A DNA stretch of 64,000 nucleotides from a bacterium (GCA_030697645.1 JAUYPI010000018.1:10457-74456), one strand, 5' to 3'; positions 9,577 through 19,629 are shown, counted from the first letter of the stretch. The notes: generated by a model not told the origin, from the letters alone. Program-made: numbers and translations.

Positions 9577-9660
9577 GGGCACGTGGCGGAATTGGTATAC
9601 GCGCTACGTTCAGGGCGTAGTCCCCGCAAGGGGTTGGGAGTTCGACTCTCCCCGTGCCCA
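9577..9660 (+). tRNA. tRNA-Leu(CAG)
   Basis: GGGCACG/CGTGCCC acceptor, CTACG-TTCAGGG-CGTAG, long variable arm. Confidence 0.93.
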
Positions 9661-9692
9661 CAAACGCGAATTTTTCCATTTGTTTACGTTGT

Positions 9693-10277
9693 ATGGATAC
9701 TTTGAAACAAAACTGCATAATTATCCACGGCTGCCCATCAGATGCGGAGAAGGCGATGAATCCCACAACCAGAACATACGACAAGCACTGGATTCCTTGG
9801 GCCAAAAAGGAACTAACGACACTGGGCATAAAAACAGAAACGCCGCTCATGCCGAGTCCTTGGGAGCCGGACTATGAAAAATTTAAATCGGAGTTTGAAA
9901 AATATACAGTGGGAGAAAATACCACCGTGGTCGGCCATAGTTGCGGAGCGGCCTTTTTGGTTCGGTGGCTCGGAGAAACGAAGAGAAAAATCTGCAAACT
10001 TGTGCTTGTTGCTCCGTGGAAAATCTCTGACAAAGATGACGCGTTCCGGAAAGCATTTTACGCATGCCCCATCGACGAGACGATAAAATCGAGAGTCAGC
10101 AAGGTTGTGATGTTTACTGCCGACGACGAGGAAAGTGATGGAAAAGAAAGTTTACGAATTTTTCACCGCGCATTAGGCGGTGAAATTATCGAATTGCAAG
10201 GGCACGGCCACTACACAATGAATGACATGGGAACAGAGGAGTTCCCCGAATTACTTGAAGCAATGGTTGGGAAGTAA
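9693..10277 (+). CDS. RBBP9/YdeN alpha/beta hydrolase
   Basis: IIIHG, HWIPW, VGHSCG, LVLVAP, GHGH. Confidence 0.88.
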   Translation: MDTLKQNCIIIHGCPSDAEKAMNPTTRTYDKHWIPWAKKELTTLGIKTETPLMPSPWEPDYEKFKSEFEKYTVGENTTVVGHSCGAAFLVRWLGETKRKICKLVLVAPWKISDKDDAFRKAFYACPIDETIKSRVSKVVMFTADDEESDGKESLRIFHRALGGEIIELQGHGHYTMNDMGTEEFPELLEAMVGK

Positions 10278-10290
10278 TCAAGGCACCGTT

Positions 10291-10740
10291 ATGAACGAAA
10301 TCCCCCATATCGAACACGTCTGGTCGCAGCTGTGTCAATTGTCCTCGGTGGACCAGGACACGAATAGCGTGTCGCTTTTTCATCTGATTGAAGAGCTGGC
10401 GATTGAGCGCGCGAAAAGTGCGCCGCCTCCGCCTGAGGGGGGCGTCGTGATCCCCGTCGCCTGCGAGCTTGTGACGCTCTGGCATAAGCGCTCCGAGGGG
10501 CAGCACGTGATTGCCGACGTCGAGGTGGCGCTCTTTGATCCTCAAGGGGCGCGGCTTCAGAGTGTGATCTACAAACTCGACATCGCGCCGCAGCATAGTC
10601 GTACGCGTTTTCGTCTCAAGATGAATGGGCTCAAGATTACCACTGCGGGCACATATTCGTTTGCGGTGAATATCCGCGGCCCGAATGAGACGCAGTTTGT
10701 TGAGGCCGCCCGCGTGCCGCTCGGGGTGCGGATCAGCTGA
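10291..10740 (+). CDS. Conserved hypothetical beta-rich protein
   Basis: LC..SSVDQDTNSVSL...G.Y.F pattern; operonic position. Confidence 0.65.
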   Translation: MNEIPHIEHVWSQLCQLSSVDQDTNSVSLFHLIEELAIERAKSAPPPPEGGVVIPVACELVTLWHKRSEGQHVIADVEVALFDPQGARLQSVIYKLDIAPQHSRTRFRLKMNGLKITTAGTYSFAVNIRGPNETQFVEAARVPLGVRIS

Positions 10741-10772
10741 AAGGCCACTATAGTTCGCTTCTCCACTGAACC

Positions 10773-12359
10773 ATGGGTGACTACAGCGCTTATTTTCGCG
10801 GCAAGCAGATTACGCTAATAGGCCTGGGGCTTCTTGGGCGCGGTGTTAATGTGGCGAAGTTTCTTGCGGAGTGTGGGGCGGATATGCTCGTGACCGATTT
10901 GAAAACGAAGGATCAGCTTCAGCCGTCGCTTAAAAAACTCGCGCGGTTTAAGAATATTCGCTTCGTGCTCGGCGAGCACCGACTCGAGAACTTCCGGGGT
11001 GTCGACATGGTGATCAAGGCCGCGGGCGTGCCGCTTGATTCGCCGTTTATCGCCGAGGCTCGCTCACATGGCGTGCCGGTCAAAATGGACGCGTCACTCT
11101 TTGCCGAGCTCGCGCCGCCCGGCGTGCTTCTTGTCGGCATTACCGGAACGCGCGGGAAGTCAACGACGACGCAGTTGCTCTACGAGGTGCTAAACGACTG
11201 GCGTAAGGTATTAGGTGTTAGGTATCAGGTTGGCGGACGTTCCGGCCACGAACTCCCCAGTTACCAGTTACCAGTTACCAGTCCCTCGCGGTCACATCGC
11301 GTCTTCCTCGGCGGTAACATCCGTGGCATGGCAACCCTGCCACTCCTCAAAAAAGTCCGCCCTGGCGACATCGTCGTTCTCGAGCTCGACTCGTGGCAGC
11401 TTCAGGGCTTCGGCGAGGCGAAGATCAGTCCGCACGTTGCGGTTTTTACGACATTTTTCGATGACCACCTTAATTACTATGATAGGGACCGCGGACGTTA
11501 TTTGAAGGATAAGGCAAACATTTTTACATACCAAAGTGGCGTAAAAAATTTTCAATTTTCAATTTTCAATTTTCAAACTCGGCCAGTATTGATTGTGGGC
11601 GCACAGGCGGCACCTTTGATACGCAAACATTTTGCGGAGCACGCACAGCGGATGAAGGTGGTGCGGCCGAGCAATGTACCGAAAAATTGGAAGCTCGCGA
11701 TTCCTGGCGAGCATAATCGCGCGAATGCTGCCTCGGCGCTCGTGGCGGCGGATGCACTTGGTGTGCCGCGTTCGGTCAGCAAGCGCGCTATTACTTCTTT
11801 TCATGGTCTCCCCGGTCGCCTCGAGCTCGTGCGAGAGCTCCGCGGCGTCAAAATTTATAACGACACGTGTGCGACGACTCCGGAGGCAACGATCGCCGCG
11901 CTCCGCGCGCTCGGCAGACTAAGCAGCAAGCAGCAAGCAGCAAGCAGCAAGGTCCATCGGATAATTCTTATTATGGGTGGAGCGGACAAAGGGCTCGACA
12001 TGTCGGGGCTGCTCAAGGAGATTCCAAGGTATTGCAGAGCAGTTATTTGGCTTCCGGGTACTGGCACAAATAGAATTATGAAGCATGAATCAAGAAGCAT
12101 GGAAACGGAAGCAATAATTCATTATTCCAAATTCTTGATTCAAGAGATGTACACAACCACACTGAGCGCGGCAATAAAGCAGGCGGTCCTTGTCGCAAGG
12201 AAGGGGGATAGTATTCTCTTCAGCCCCGCCTTCGCCTCATTCGGCATGTTCAAGAATGAGTACGACCGGGGAGAAAAATTTAATCGCGCGGTAGCGGCCC
12301 GTAAAGACACGACCCGCGCGAAGGCGCGGGTCAGTAGAATGCAACATAACGAATCTTAA
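10773..12359 (+). CDS. murD: UDP-MurNAc-L-Ala:D-Glu ligase with four repeat-derived insertions
   Basis: IGLG..G, GITGTRGKSTTT, GGNI, LELDSWQL, DHLNYY, NDTCAT, GGADKG, SPAFASFGMFKN...RG. Confidence 0.92.
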   Translation: MGDYSAYFRGKQITLIGLGLLGRGVNVAKFLAECGADMLVTDLKTKDQLQPSLKKLARFKNIRFVLGEHRLENFRGVDMVIKAAGVPLDSPFIAEARSHGVPVKMDASLFAELAPPGVLLVGITGTRGKSTTTQLLYEVLNDWRKVLGVRYQVGGRSGHELPSYQLPVTSPSRSHRVFLGGNIRGMATLPLLKKVRPGDIVVLELDSWQLQGFGEAKISPHVAVFTTFFDDHLNYYDRDRGRYLKDKANIFTYQSGVKNFQFSIFNFQTRPVLIVGAQAAPLIRKHFAEHAQRMKVVRPSNVPKNWKLAIPGEHNRANAASALVAADALGVPRSVSKRAITSFHGLPGRLELVRELRGVKIYNDTCATTPEATIAALRALGRLSSKQQAASSKVHRIILIMGGADKGLDMSGLLKEIPRYCRAVIWLPGTGTNRIMKHESRSMETEAIIHYSKFLIQEMYTTTLSAAIKQAVLVARKGDSILFSPAFASFGMFKNEYDRGEKFNRAVAARKDTTRAKARVSRMQHNES

Positions 12360-13513
12360 ACACGTAACTTGGTGAGCAAACTGCGTGCTTGCTGCTCCGC
12401 CCATTCAATCGCGCTGAAAAGCGACACCACATCGTTCGCTTCGTACGGCGTATGTAGTCGCATCACGCCTTGGATACCGAGCGGAATCTGGTGAAATCCA
12501 ATGGAGCGGTCGAGAAATGCCCGCACAAAAACATCATTCGCCGCGCACATCACCGCTGGCATGGTGCCGCCGATTTTCGCCGCCTCGTAGGCCAGACTGA
12601 CGCACGGGAAACGATCGGTATCGCATGGCTCAAAGGTGAGTTCTCCTGGTGCGTCAAACAATGAAAATTTTGTTGCGTTGTGTACGGGGCGCCGCTGTGG
12701 GTACAGAAGCGCGTACTGAATGGGAATACGCATGTCCGGCACGCTCAGCTGGGCAAGGGTTGTTCCGTCTTTGAATGCCACCATGGAGTGGATGATTGAC
12801 TCAGGGTGAACCACTATATCTATCCGCTCCGGAGGAATCTCAAAGAGATGCATCACCTCAATCACCTCAAAACCCTTGTTCATCAGCGTTGCTGAGTCAA
12901 CGGTGATCTTCGGACCCATTTTCCAGGTGGGGTGCTTGAGGGCCTGTAGAGGTGTCACGCGCTCGAGTTTTCTTTTGGGGGTTTTGCGGAACGGCCCCCC
13001 TGAAGCCGTGAGGATAAGTCGTGCGACTGATTCTCGCGGCACTCCCTCGAGGCACTGAAAGATGGCGCTCGGTTCCGAGTCCACCGGAAGGATCCACGCC
13101 CCGTATTTTTTTGCGGTTTCCATCGTGAGGACTCCAGCCGCGACCATGGTTTCTTTGTTCGCGAGCGCCATGTCCTTTCCTTTTCCGAGCGCGGCAAGAG
13201 TGGGCTTGATTCCAGCAACCCCGACAATGCCGTTGACCACGAGATCGGCCTCTCCGAGAGTCGCGAGTTGTGCAAGCCCCGCTTCCCCCACAAACACCGG
13301 GATTGATACCTCCGGTATTAAAATTTTTGCCTGCGATGGATCGCTGACCGCGACGACTTGGGGCCGAAATTCCTTGATCTGTTTATACAACAGGGCGATT
13401 TTTTGGTGCGTGGAAAGAGCAACTATTTCGAGCAGATCAGGGTTATTTCGCACCACATCAAGTGTTTGCGTTCCGATAGAACCGGTTGATCCTAAAACGG
13501 TAAGTTTTTTCAT
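12356..13513 (-). CDS. dxr: 1-deoxy-D-xylulose-5-phosphate reductoisomerase
   Basis: LGSTGSIG, LANKE, LPVDSE, LTASGGPF, HPTWKMGPKITVDSATLMNKGFEVIE. Confidence 0.96.
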   Translation of the reverse strand: MKKLTVLGSTGSIGTQTLDVVRNNPDLLEIVALSTHQKIALLYKQIKEFRPQVVAVSDPSQAKILIPEVSIPVFVGEAGLAQLATLGEADLVVNGIVGVAGIKPTLAALGKGKDMALANKETMVAAGVLTMETAKKYGAWILPVDSEPSAIFQCLEGVPRESVARLILTASGGPFRKTPKRKLERVTPLQALKHPTWKMGPKITVDSATLMNKGFEVIEVMHLFEIPPERIDIVVHPESIIHSMVAFKDGTTLAQLSVPDMRIPIQYALLYPQRRPVHNATKFSLFDAPGELTFEPCDTDRFPCVSLAYEAAKIGGTMPAVMCAANDVFVRAFLDRSIGFHQIPLGIQGVMRLHTPYEANDVVSLFSAIEWAEQQARSLLTKLRV

Positions 13514-13690
13514 CGCTTTTCCCTTGCGTTGGCTCGCGGGTTTTTAATTGTGTCTGTGGTGTATAACCACGCTGCGCCAAAAAAGGAGACACGGGTTAGT
13601 TGAATAGAGCCTGACGACATAGGAGTCGTTGTAAAAAATACGGCCGCCTGTAGAGCAGGCGGCCGTAGACCGTTCAAGCGTTCTCCACCC

Positions 13691-14587
13691 TTACCGCCGG
13701 CGGATGACAAGCACTCCATTGCGGCCGTCGTGCTGGCCCAGGCTCACGGCGCGGCGGTGTGACCACCACACGTAATCGTTATCCGCGTCGAGGGCGCTAT
13801 AGGTGTCGGTGCCGTCTGTAGCTATGTTCGATGGCTCGATGTCACGGTGCTGAAATTGTGCCCGGATGATTTCCGGTATTGAGAGGCAGCCCGATGCGGG
13901 GTAACCACCACTCGCTAGGTGGCCGCAGGTAGCGTAGAAGTGTGCAAGTATGGCCTTGTTGGCCACAGCGTAGCGCGGATGGCGTGGGTCGTGAGTGAAG
14001 TGTACCGGGCCGATACCTCCGGCGACGAACACTTTTATCTCAGCCGAAATGCCTCTACGTATGCCATTTATTATCGCGTCAACAACGCTTGCCGATCGCA
14101 CTGTGGGCTCGATGTCGCCGACGATAGCAGCGCGGTTAAAGAGGGAATCTCGTCCGGCGTGCGCCGCGATGACCCAGTGCGTTGCGGTGTTGTACGCGAC
14201 TATAACGTGGCAGTCCGCGACAGAAAACCATGCGCCCGAGTGTGGCGGGAGCACGCACCCCTCTGCCAATGGGCCACGGAGCAGTGCGAATTTGCTGTTG
14301 GCGAGCGAAATGCGCTCGGTGAAATCCTCGCTCTCGCAGATAGCTGCGTTAAATCGTGAATGGTCAGGCGCATACACCGTATCGATGCCTGCCTGAAGTG
14401 CGACGTGGCGTAGCTGCGAGAATTGCTCGAGTGCTTCCGCGTGTTCGAGTTCCTCTTGCCGGCGCACCGCATCAATACGCCAATCAACGTCAGCACCATT
14501 ACGGCCGAAAAGGCGTACCTCAACCTTGCCGTCGAACGGCGTGAAGATTGCGCTGGGGTTCATAGGGTTCGATCGATTTCCGAGCAT
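13691..14587 (-). CDS. YfiH/PgeF (polyphenol oxidase-like) family protein
   Basis: VADC, AAHAGR, GIGP, WWSHRR...GRN. Confidence 0.75.
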   Translation of the reverse strand: MLGNRSNPMNPSAIFTPFDGKVEVRLFGRNGADVDWRIDAVRRQEELEHAEALEQFSQLRHVALQAGIDTVYAPDHSRFNAAICESEDFTERISLANSKFALLRGPLAEGCVLPPHSGAWFSVADCHVIVAYNTATHWVIAAHAGRDSLFNRAAIVGDIEPTVRSASVVDAIINGIRRGISAEIKVFVAGGIGPVHFTHDPRHPRYAVANKAILAHFYATCGHLASGGYPASGCLSIPEIIRAQFQHRDIEPSNIATDGTDTYSALDADNDYVWWSHRRAVSLGQHDGRNGVLVIRRR

Positions 14588-14629
14588 ATTTTTTCTCCTC
14601 GTCTCTAGGCGTGTGTGACATGTACTTTG

Positions 14630-15247
14630 TTACCATTTCCAAAAGAAGCGCGGTACGCTTTCGTAATACCGTGCGTACTCGGGCCCTTTCATCTCACGAA
14701 GGAGCGTCTCCTCGCGCGCGATGTTTGACCGGACGTAGCAGTAGGTGAGTACGCCGAGCAGAAGTGCGGCGACGTTTTGTAGCAGCAACACGAGCGCGAA
14801 TGCCTCGGCGAGTGAACCGCAATACATCGGGTTGCGACTCCATCGGTAAAGTCCGCGCACCGTCACTTTTCCTTCGCGAACAATCGGCCCCTTGACTGCA
14901 TTGCTCCAGTTCGCGCCAAGCTCCCACTTCGCACGAAGCTGAAGCACGATTGCCGCGATAAGAAGCGCAAGTCCCGCGAGGCAGAGCGCGTCATCTTCTG
15001 CAAAAATGCCCACAGGAATGGCCCTCAATGGACGAAGCACGCTCACAAACAACCACGGTGCAAGAGAACGAACAATGAGTGCGCCCCACAACAAGAGGAG
15101 TGCTCGTTCTTGAACCCAAAGCCATGGTACTTGTCGGTGCTTTTCGACACGCCCCTGTACTATTTTTTTGGAGAGCCACCACCTGCCAGTCCTGAGGACG
15201 ACAAAGAGCGAAACGATGATAACGAACAACGTTGTGTTTTCGATCAC
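14630..15247 (-). CDS. Isoprenylcysteine carboxyl methyltransferase-family membrane protein
   Basis: LGANWS, GLYRWSRNPMY, EE..L....GPEY..Y...VPRF. Confidence 0.85.
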   Translation of the reverse strand: MIENTTLFVIIVSLFVVLRTGRWWLSKKIVQGRVEKHRQVPWLWVQERALLLLWGALIVRSLAPWLFVSVLRPLRAIPVGIFAEDDALCLAGLALLIAAIVLQLRAKWELGANWSNAVKGPIVREGKVTVRGLYRWSRNPMYCGSLAEAFALVLLLQNVAALLLGVLTYCYVRSNIAREETLLREMKGPEYARYYESVPRFFWKW

Positions 15248-15484
15248 GGTTTTCTCCTCCGTGTGAGTGACTGCGAAGATTCAACTGTCCGCGCTTCAAA
15301 CTACTACAGTTGCCGCCGGAGCACAACGACACGCTACATTGCAGACGGACGGTGTCGGGCGCGAACGGGCTTGCTTTCGGCAAGGTCCTGTGGTAGCTTG
15401 CGCCGAGGATTGCATCGCGGCATAGTGCCGCAGCGCAACGTACGTTTCAGCGCAACAGTATTGTTGCAGGGAAAGGAAGTTGAG

Positions 15485-16288
15485 ATGGAGAACCAGGCCA
15501 CATATGGCGGCATACTGAGGTATCTTGACGCAATACCGATTCCGTCGAGTGCTATCGCGGTGCCGGTGCGGACCACGCAGACGGCAGAGACCCTGGCGGC
15601 ATCTCGTATTCTTTTTGATTTTGTCCATGATGAAGCCAGGCAGAGCCAGTTGGCAAGGTTTTTCGACGCTGTCAGCGTCGCACGGAAAGAGTCGGGGTTT
15701 GTTCAATCGTGTCGGCGGCTTTTAGTGCCCGAACGCGCCCCTTACGGTTTGCGCGGTTTTTCTTTTCTGACCGAAGAGCATGGCCTATTTCTCCCACTTA
15801 TTTGCGCCGCTATGAAGTGGGGGATTGATGTGCCTCCTTCTGACCCCGTGCTTACCAAACTTCGCCGTGTCTCTATCGACTCAAGCGCGCTGGGGGTAGT
15901 GGTGCAGGCGGGCGGAGGAGATTATTCTATTAAAACACGTCTCGACGGTAGCACACTCGGCGGCGAGCTCCACATTGTAGGAAAAAACGTCAAAAAGGAA
16001 CTCGTGGTTCTTGAGCGTCGGTGTTTACAGCTCGGATTCGGAACGATCCAGGAACCCATGGAGACAACGGGTCAAATCGGCGTGGCGCTCTTTGCCACAG
16101 AAGTTTTGTGGTATCCGATCTTCGGGCATGACCATGTCGTTAAGTATCTGCGGCACGCGCTCCAGGGCGCGATCGGCAGGGTGACGGACCCGCTACAGTT
16201 GGTGCAGTTGATGGCGAAGTGTGAGGCGAACGCGCCGCGTTTGCGCGAGGTTCTCTTTGCCGAGCCCGAGAAGGACCCAAGAAGCTAA
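15485..16288 (+). CDS. Hypothetical protein
   Basis: Start MENQAT after AAGGAAG; the upstream ORF extension overlaps the opposite-strand gene. Confidence 0.55.
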   Translation: MENQATYGGILRYLDAIPIPSSAIAVPVRTTQTAETLAASRILFDFVHDEARQSQLARFFDAVSVARKESGFVQSCRRLLVPERAPYGLRGFSFLTEEHGLFLPLICAAMKWGIDVPPSDPVLTKLRRVSIDSSALGVVVQAGGGDYSIKTRLDGSTLGGELHIVGKNVKKELVVLERRCLQLGFGTIQEPMETTGQIGVALFATEVLWYPIFGHDHVVKYLRHALQGAIGRVTDPLQLVQLMAKCEANAPRLREVLFAEPEKDPRS

Positions 16289-16446
16289 AGGCCCAGAAAC
16301 ATAGCCCAGCCGCTTTTAAGCGACTGGGCTATCCGATTTTTCGGCAGACTTCTTTACAACGATACGAAGCCCGCTCCCTCGCGCGTGAGGGAGCGGTGTA
16401 CGTTTGAGCGCGTGCTGCGTATGGCTTGCTCGGCGTTGTTTACTGA

Positions 16447-17148
16447 TCAGCGAAGTTGTGCGTTGGGATCGAGACGGAAGCGGTCGAGGAAGTCCTGTCG
16501 CGCATTTTCGGGCGATCTCGATAAGAACACGCCCACCAGAGCAAAAAATGTGACCAAGCACGAGAAGGTTAGGAAGGTTAGGGCGTTCCTGGCGTGTGCT
16601 GCGGCATTTCGTGCAGGGTATGCCACTTCGAGTTCGAGTCCCGCGAGGTAGCTGAGGGCAGCAACAGCGCCAACAAATCCGAGCCGCCAGAGCCAGCCGC
16701 GAAATTTCACACGCCTGCTTGCGGAAACAATGCTCGCGATTTCCCCGATCGGTCGGATGCTCTCGCCCCAGAGGGCGATGCGGTGGCGGACGCTATTTTT
16801 GTCTGTCCCAATAAAAAGGGGATCGCGAAGATCGCGCCGCTCCGGCGTGCGAAGCTCGTAGCTCGCAAAGAGTTCCAGTTCATCCGCGAAGCGGAGTTCC
16901 TCATGGACTTCCTTTGGCGCTTCGTGTTGCGCCAGGGTGCGCGCGACGGTGTGGTGCAAAAGGGCGCGATTGGCATGCGAGTATGCATATCGCGTCGGGA
17001 GCCACGCCTGCCACGTGCTCTCTTCTTCGGCCGAGATCACAGGGTAGAAGAGTGATGGTTCGAGTTCGGTGAGCGCCGTGTTGTCCGGTGTTGCAAGCGT
17101 GTGCGTACGGAAAATATCTGTTTGCATGAGACGTCCTCCTCTGTGCAA
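16447..17148 (-). CDS. Hypothetical protein with two C-terminal TM helices
   Basis: ORF with GAGGAGG RBS before the alternative start at 17127. Confidence 0.65.
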   Translation of the reverse strand: MHRGGRLMQTDIFRTHTLATPDNTALTELEPSLFYPVISAEEESTWQAWLPTRYAYSHANRALLHHTVARTLAQHEAPKEVHEELRFADELELFASYELRTPERRDLRDPLFIGTDKNSVRHRIALWGESIRPIGEIASIVSASRRVKFRGWLWRLGFVGAVAALSYLAGLELEVAYPARNAAAHARNALTFLTFSCLVTFFALVGVFLSRSPENARQDFLDRFRLDPNAQLR

Positions 17149-17257
17149 TATTTATTCTCGCGCAGGCATGACCTGTGCACTTGGTATCTATTCTTACATA
17201 TAGCAGGAATGCTGCAGTGAGGCAAGTCTCTTTGTCGAAGACGCGGCTGCGCCTACA

Positions 17258-17291
17258 TATACCAAACGCCCCCGAAGGGGCGTTTGGTATA
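17258..17291 (-). terminator. Terminator hairpin after HU
   Basis: TATACCAAACGCCCC / GGGGCGTTTGGTATA stem. Confidence 0.7.
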
Positions 17292-17334
17292 AATGGGATA
17301 CGTGCGCTCCGGAGCACACATTTCTTTTACGCGG

Positions 17335-17607
17335 TTATTTCACCGCGTCTTTGAGCGCCTTTGCGGCGCGGAACTTCGGCACGCGCTGTGCTGCCACCTG
17401 GATCGTCTCTCCGGTCCGCGGGTTGCGGGCTTGCCGTGCGGCACGCATCTTTGCCGAGAATATACCGAGGCCAGCGATCGAGACTTCGCGTCCTTGCTTG
17501 AGCGTTGCCACAATGGCCTCCATGAGGACCTCCATGGCCCGCTCGGCCTGAGCCCTCGTGAGCTCGACCTTGTGGCTGATTTCGTTCACTAAATCTGCTT
17601 TGTTCAT
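17335..17607 (-). CDS. hup: HU DNA-binding protein
   Basis: MNKADL...GLGIF...ARNPRTGETI...PKFRAAKALKDAV. Confidence 0.95.
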   Translation of the reverse strand: MNKADLVNEISHKVELTRAQAERAMEVLMEAIVATLKQGREVSIAGLGIFSAKMRAARQARNPRTGETIQVAAQRVPKFRAAKALKDAVK

Positions 17608-17727
17608 AGGAAAAGGTTAATTATCGCGAGTAAAATCGACCCAAACCCTTACACCTAGCCATTATAGGGCACTATCGGCGGTGCGCAAATGATAAAAATC
17701 GTGACTGTGGATAGCGAAAGTGGACGT

Positions 17728-17818
17728 GTATCTTGTATTTTGTATTTCGTAGTTTGTATAAAAGCTGAATCTCGCTATACAAAATACGAGATACAAGATA
17801 CGAAATACAAGCTACAAG
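17728..17818. repeat. Family C palindromic heptad element (TGTATYT/AGATACA) abutting the rny stop
   Basis: TGTATCT TGTATTT TGTATTT ... AAATACG AGATACA AGATACG AAATACA. Confidence 0.8.
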
Positions 17819-19348
17819 TTACCGCGCGAACTCTATCGCCCTGGTCTCGCGAATCACGGTTACTTTGATCTCTCCCGGAAATTTGAGCTCCTGCTCGACG
17901 CGTATTGCGATCTCGCGCGCGGTGGCGCGCGCCTCGGCGTCGGAGACGTCCTCGGGCTTCACAAAAATGCGTATCTCGCGGCCTGCCGAGAGGGCGAAGG
18001 ATTTTTCGATTCCCGGGAACGAGTTGGCGATCGCTTCGAGGTCTCCGAGGCGCTTGAGGTAGTTCTCTACGCTGTCGCGGCGCGCGCCGGGGCGGCCTCC
18101 GGAGATCGCGTCCGCGACTTGGACGATGATGGACTCGAGCGTCTCGTACGGGTATTCCTCATGGTGCGATTGCATGGCGAGAACGATCGCGGGGTCCACG
18201 TTGAACTTCTGAAGGATGCGTCGCCCGATCTCAACATGCGTACCTTGCACGTCGTGATCCACGGCCTTGCCGATATCGTGGAGGAGTGCCCCTGCGCGCG
18301 CGACAGCGGGGTTTGCGCCGACCTCCTCGGCGATCATGCCTGCGATATGGGCCATTTCGATTGAGTGCTGGAGCACGTTCTGTCCGTAGCTCGTGCGGAA
18401 ATGGAGGCGCCCCAGGATGCCGAGGAGCTTCGGGTCGAGGTTGAGCGCGCTGCACTCATAGGCGGCCTGCTCGCCTTTCTCTTTGATGATTTTACTGATG
18501 TCCGCCTGGGCTTTCTCAACAAGATCCTCGATCCGCGCGGGCTGGATTCTGCCGTCGAGGATGAGATTCTCGAGTGCGAGGCGCGCGACGTGGCGGCGCA
18601 CCGGATCAAAACAGGAGAGCGTGATCACCCCCGGCGTGTCGTCAACAATCACCTCGACGCCGGTTGCGCGCTCAAAGGCTTTGATATTGCGGCCCTCTTT
18701 GCCGATAATTTTTCCCTTGACGTCGTCCGAGGGGAGGGCCACGGTTGTCGCGAGCGTCTCCGAGGTGACGGCGTTCCCGAGCCTATGGATCGCGGTCGTG
18801 AGGATCTCGCGCGCGCGGCGCTCCAGGCGCTCGAGACCCGCGCTCTCGAGCTTCTGGACGCGCACCATCATGTCCTGGTCGAAATTTTTCTCGACCGTCG
18901 CGAGCAGTTCCGCGCGAGCCGCCTCCTCACTGAGACCCGCGACGCGCTCGAGCTCGCTCTGCTTGCGGCGCTCGAGTTCCTCGGCTCGCGCGCGTACCGC
19001 TTTTACCTCCTCGACTTTCTGCTTCACCCGCTCGACCTCGGCGTCAATCTCGCCTTGCCTGCGGTCGAGGAGTTCTTCTTTTTTAATAAAGCGCTCTTCG
19101 GTGCGTCTGAATTCGCCCTCACGGGTCTTCAGCGTGCGCTCGAATTCGGCCATCCCGACTTTTGCCTTTTCTTCTCCCTCGGCGACGATTTTTTGTGACT
19201 TTTCCTTGGCGTCAAGCATCATCTGCTTAATCGCAAGTTCCATCGAGCCCTTTTTTCCGAGCGAGACGATCCAGCGCAGGAAATATCCGAACGCTGTGCC
19301 TAGTAGGCCGGAGGCGGCGGCGAGAGCCAGTGCTATTTTAAGTGACAT
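17819..19348 (-). CDS. rny: Ribonuclease Y
   Basis: N-terminal TM, coiled coil, KH (KGKIIGKEGRNI), HD (LLHDIGK). Confidence 0.97.
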   Translation of the reverse strand: MSLKIALALAAASGLLGTAFGYFLRWIVSLGKKGSMELAIKQMMLDAKEKSQKIVAEGEEKAKVGMAEFERTLKTREGEFRRTEERFIKKEELLDRRQGEIDAEVERVKQKVEEVKAVRARAEELERRKQSELERVAGLSEEAARAELLATVEKNFDQDMMVRVQKLESAGLERLERRAREILTTAIHRLGNAVTSETLATTVALPSDDVKGKIIGKEGRNIKAFERATGVEVIVDDTPGVITLSCFDPVRRHVARLALENLILDGRIQPARIEDLVEKAQADISKIIKEKGEQAAYECSALNLDPKLLGILGRLHFRTSYGQNVLQHSIEMAHIAGMIAEEVGANPAVARAGALLHDIGKAVDHDVQGTHVEIGRRILQKFNVDPAIVLAMQSHHEEYPYETLESIIVQVADAISGGRPGARRDSVENYLKRLGDLEAIANSFPGIEKSFALSAGREIRIFVKPEDVSDAEARATAREIAIRVEQELKFPGEIKVTVIRETRAIEFAR

Positions 19349-19361
19349 AGAGACGAAGGGC

Positions 19362-19540
19362 TTGCTCTATGCCGGTCGTGCATGAGTGTTCTTTGAGGCG
19401 CGCGAGGTTCGGGAATCCTGAGTCAGACGTACGAAGAGATACCCCCGTGTGCGCCAGGGCTCGAGCGGAAGGAATCTCGACATGTGCGGCTCAGGTGGGG
19501 TATGCTCATGAGAGAGACAAGCACGATACGGCCGGAGCAA
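19362..19540 (-). ncRNA. Candidate rod-shaped RNA (6S-like or rny leader)
   Basis: About 180 nt with nested complementary blocks and an upstream TCGACA-17-TATAGT promoter. Confidence 0.35.
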
Positions 19541-19629
19541 ACAACAATTGACTAAATTCCGGTAATAGCTACACTATACGCCGGAGTGTTCTTTTTGTCG
19601 AGCTGCTTTGAGGGAGGAGGCGATAGGCC

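Noticed and set aside
18365-19385. Long + strand ORFs opposite rny and similar shadow ORFs elsewhere
   Set aside because: Antisense to well-supported genes in GC-rich DNA, with no recognisable motifs.
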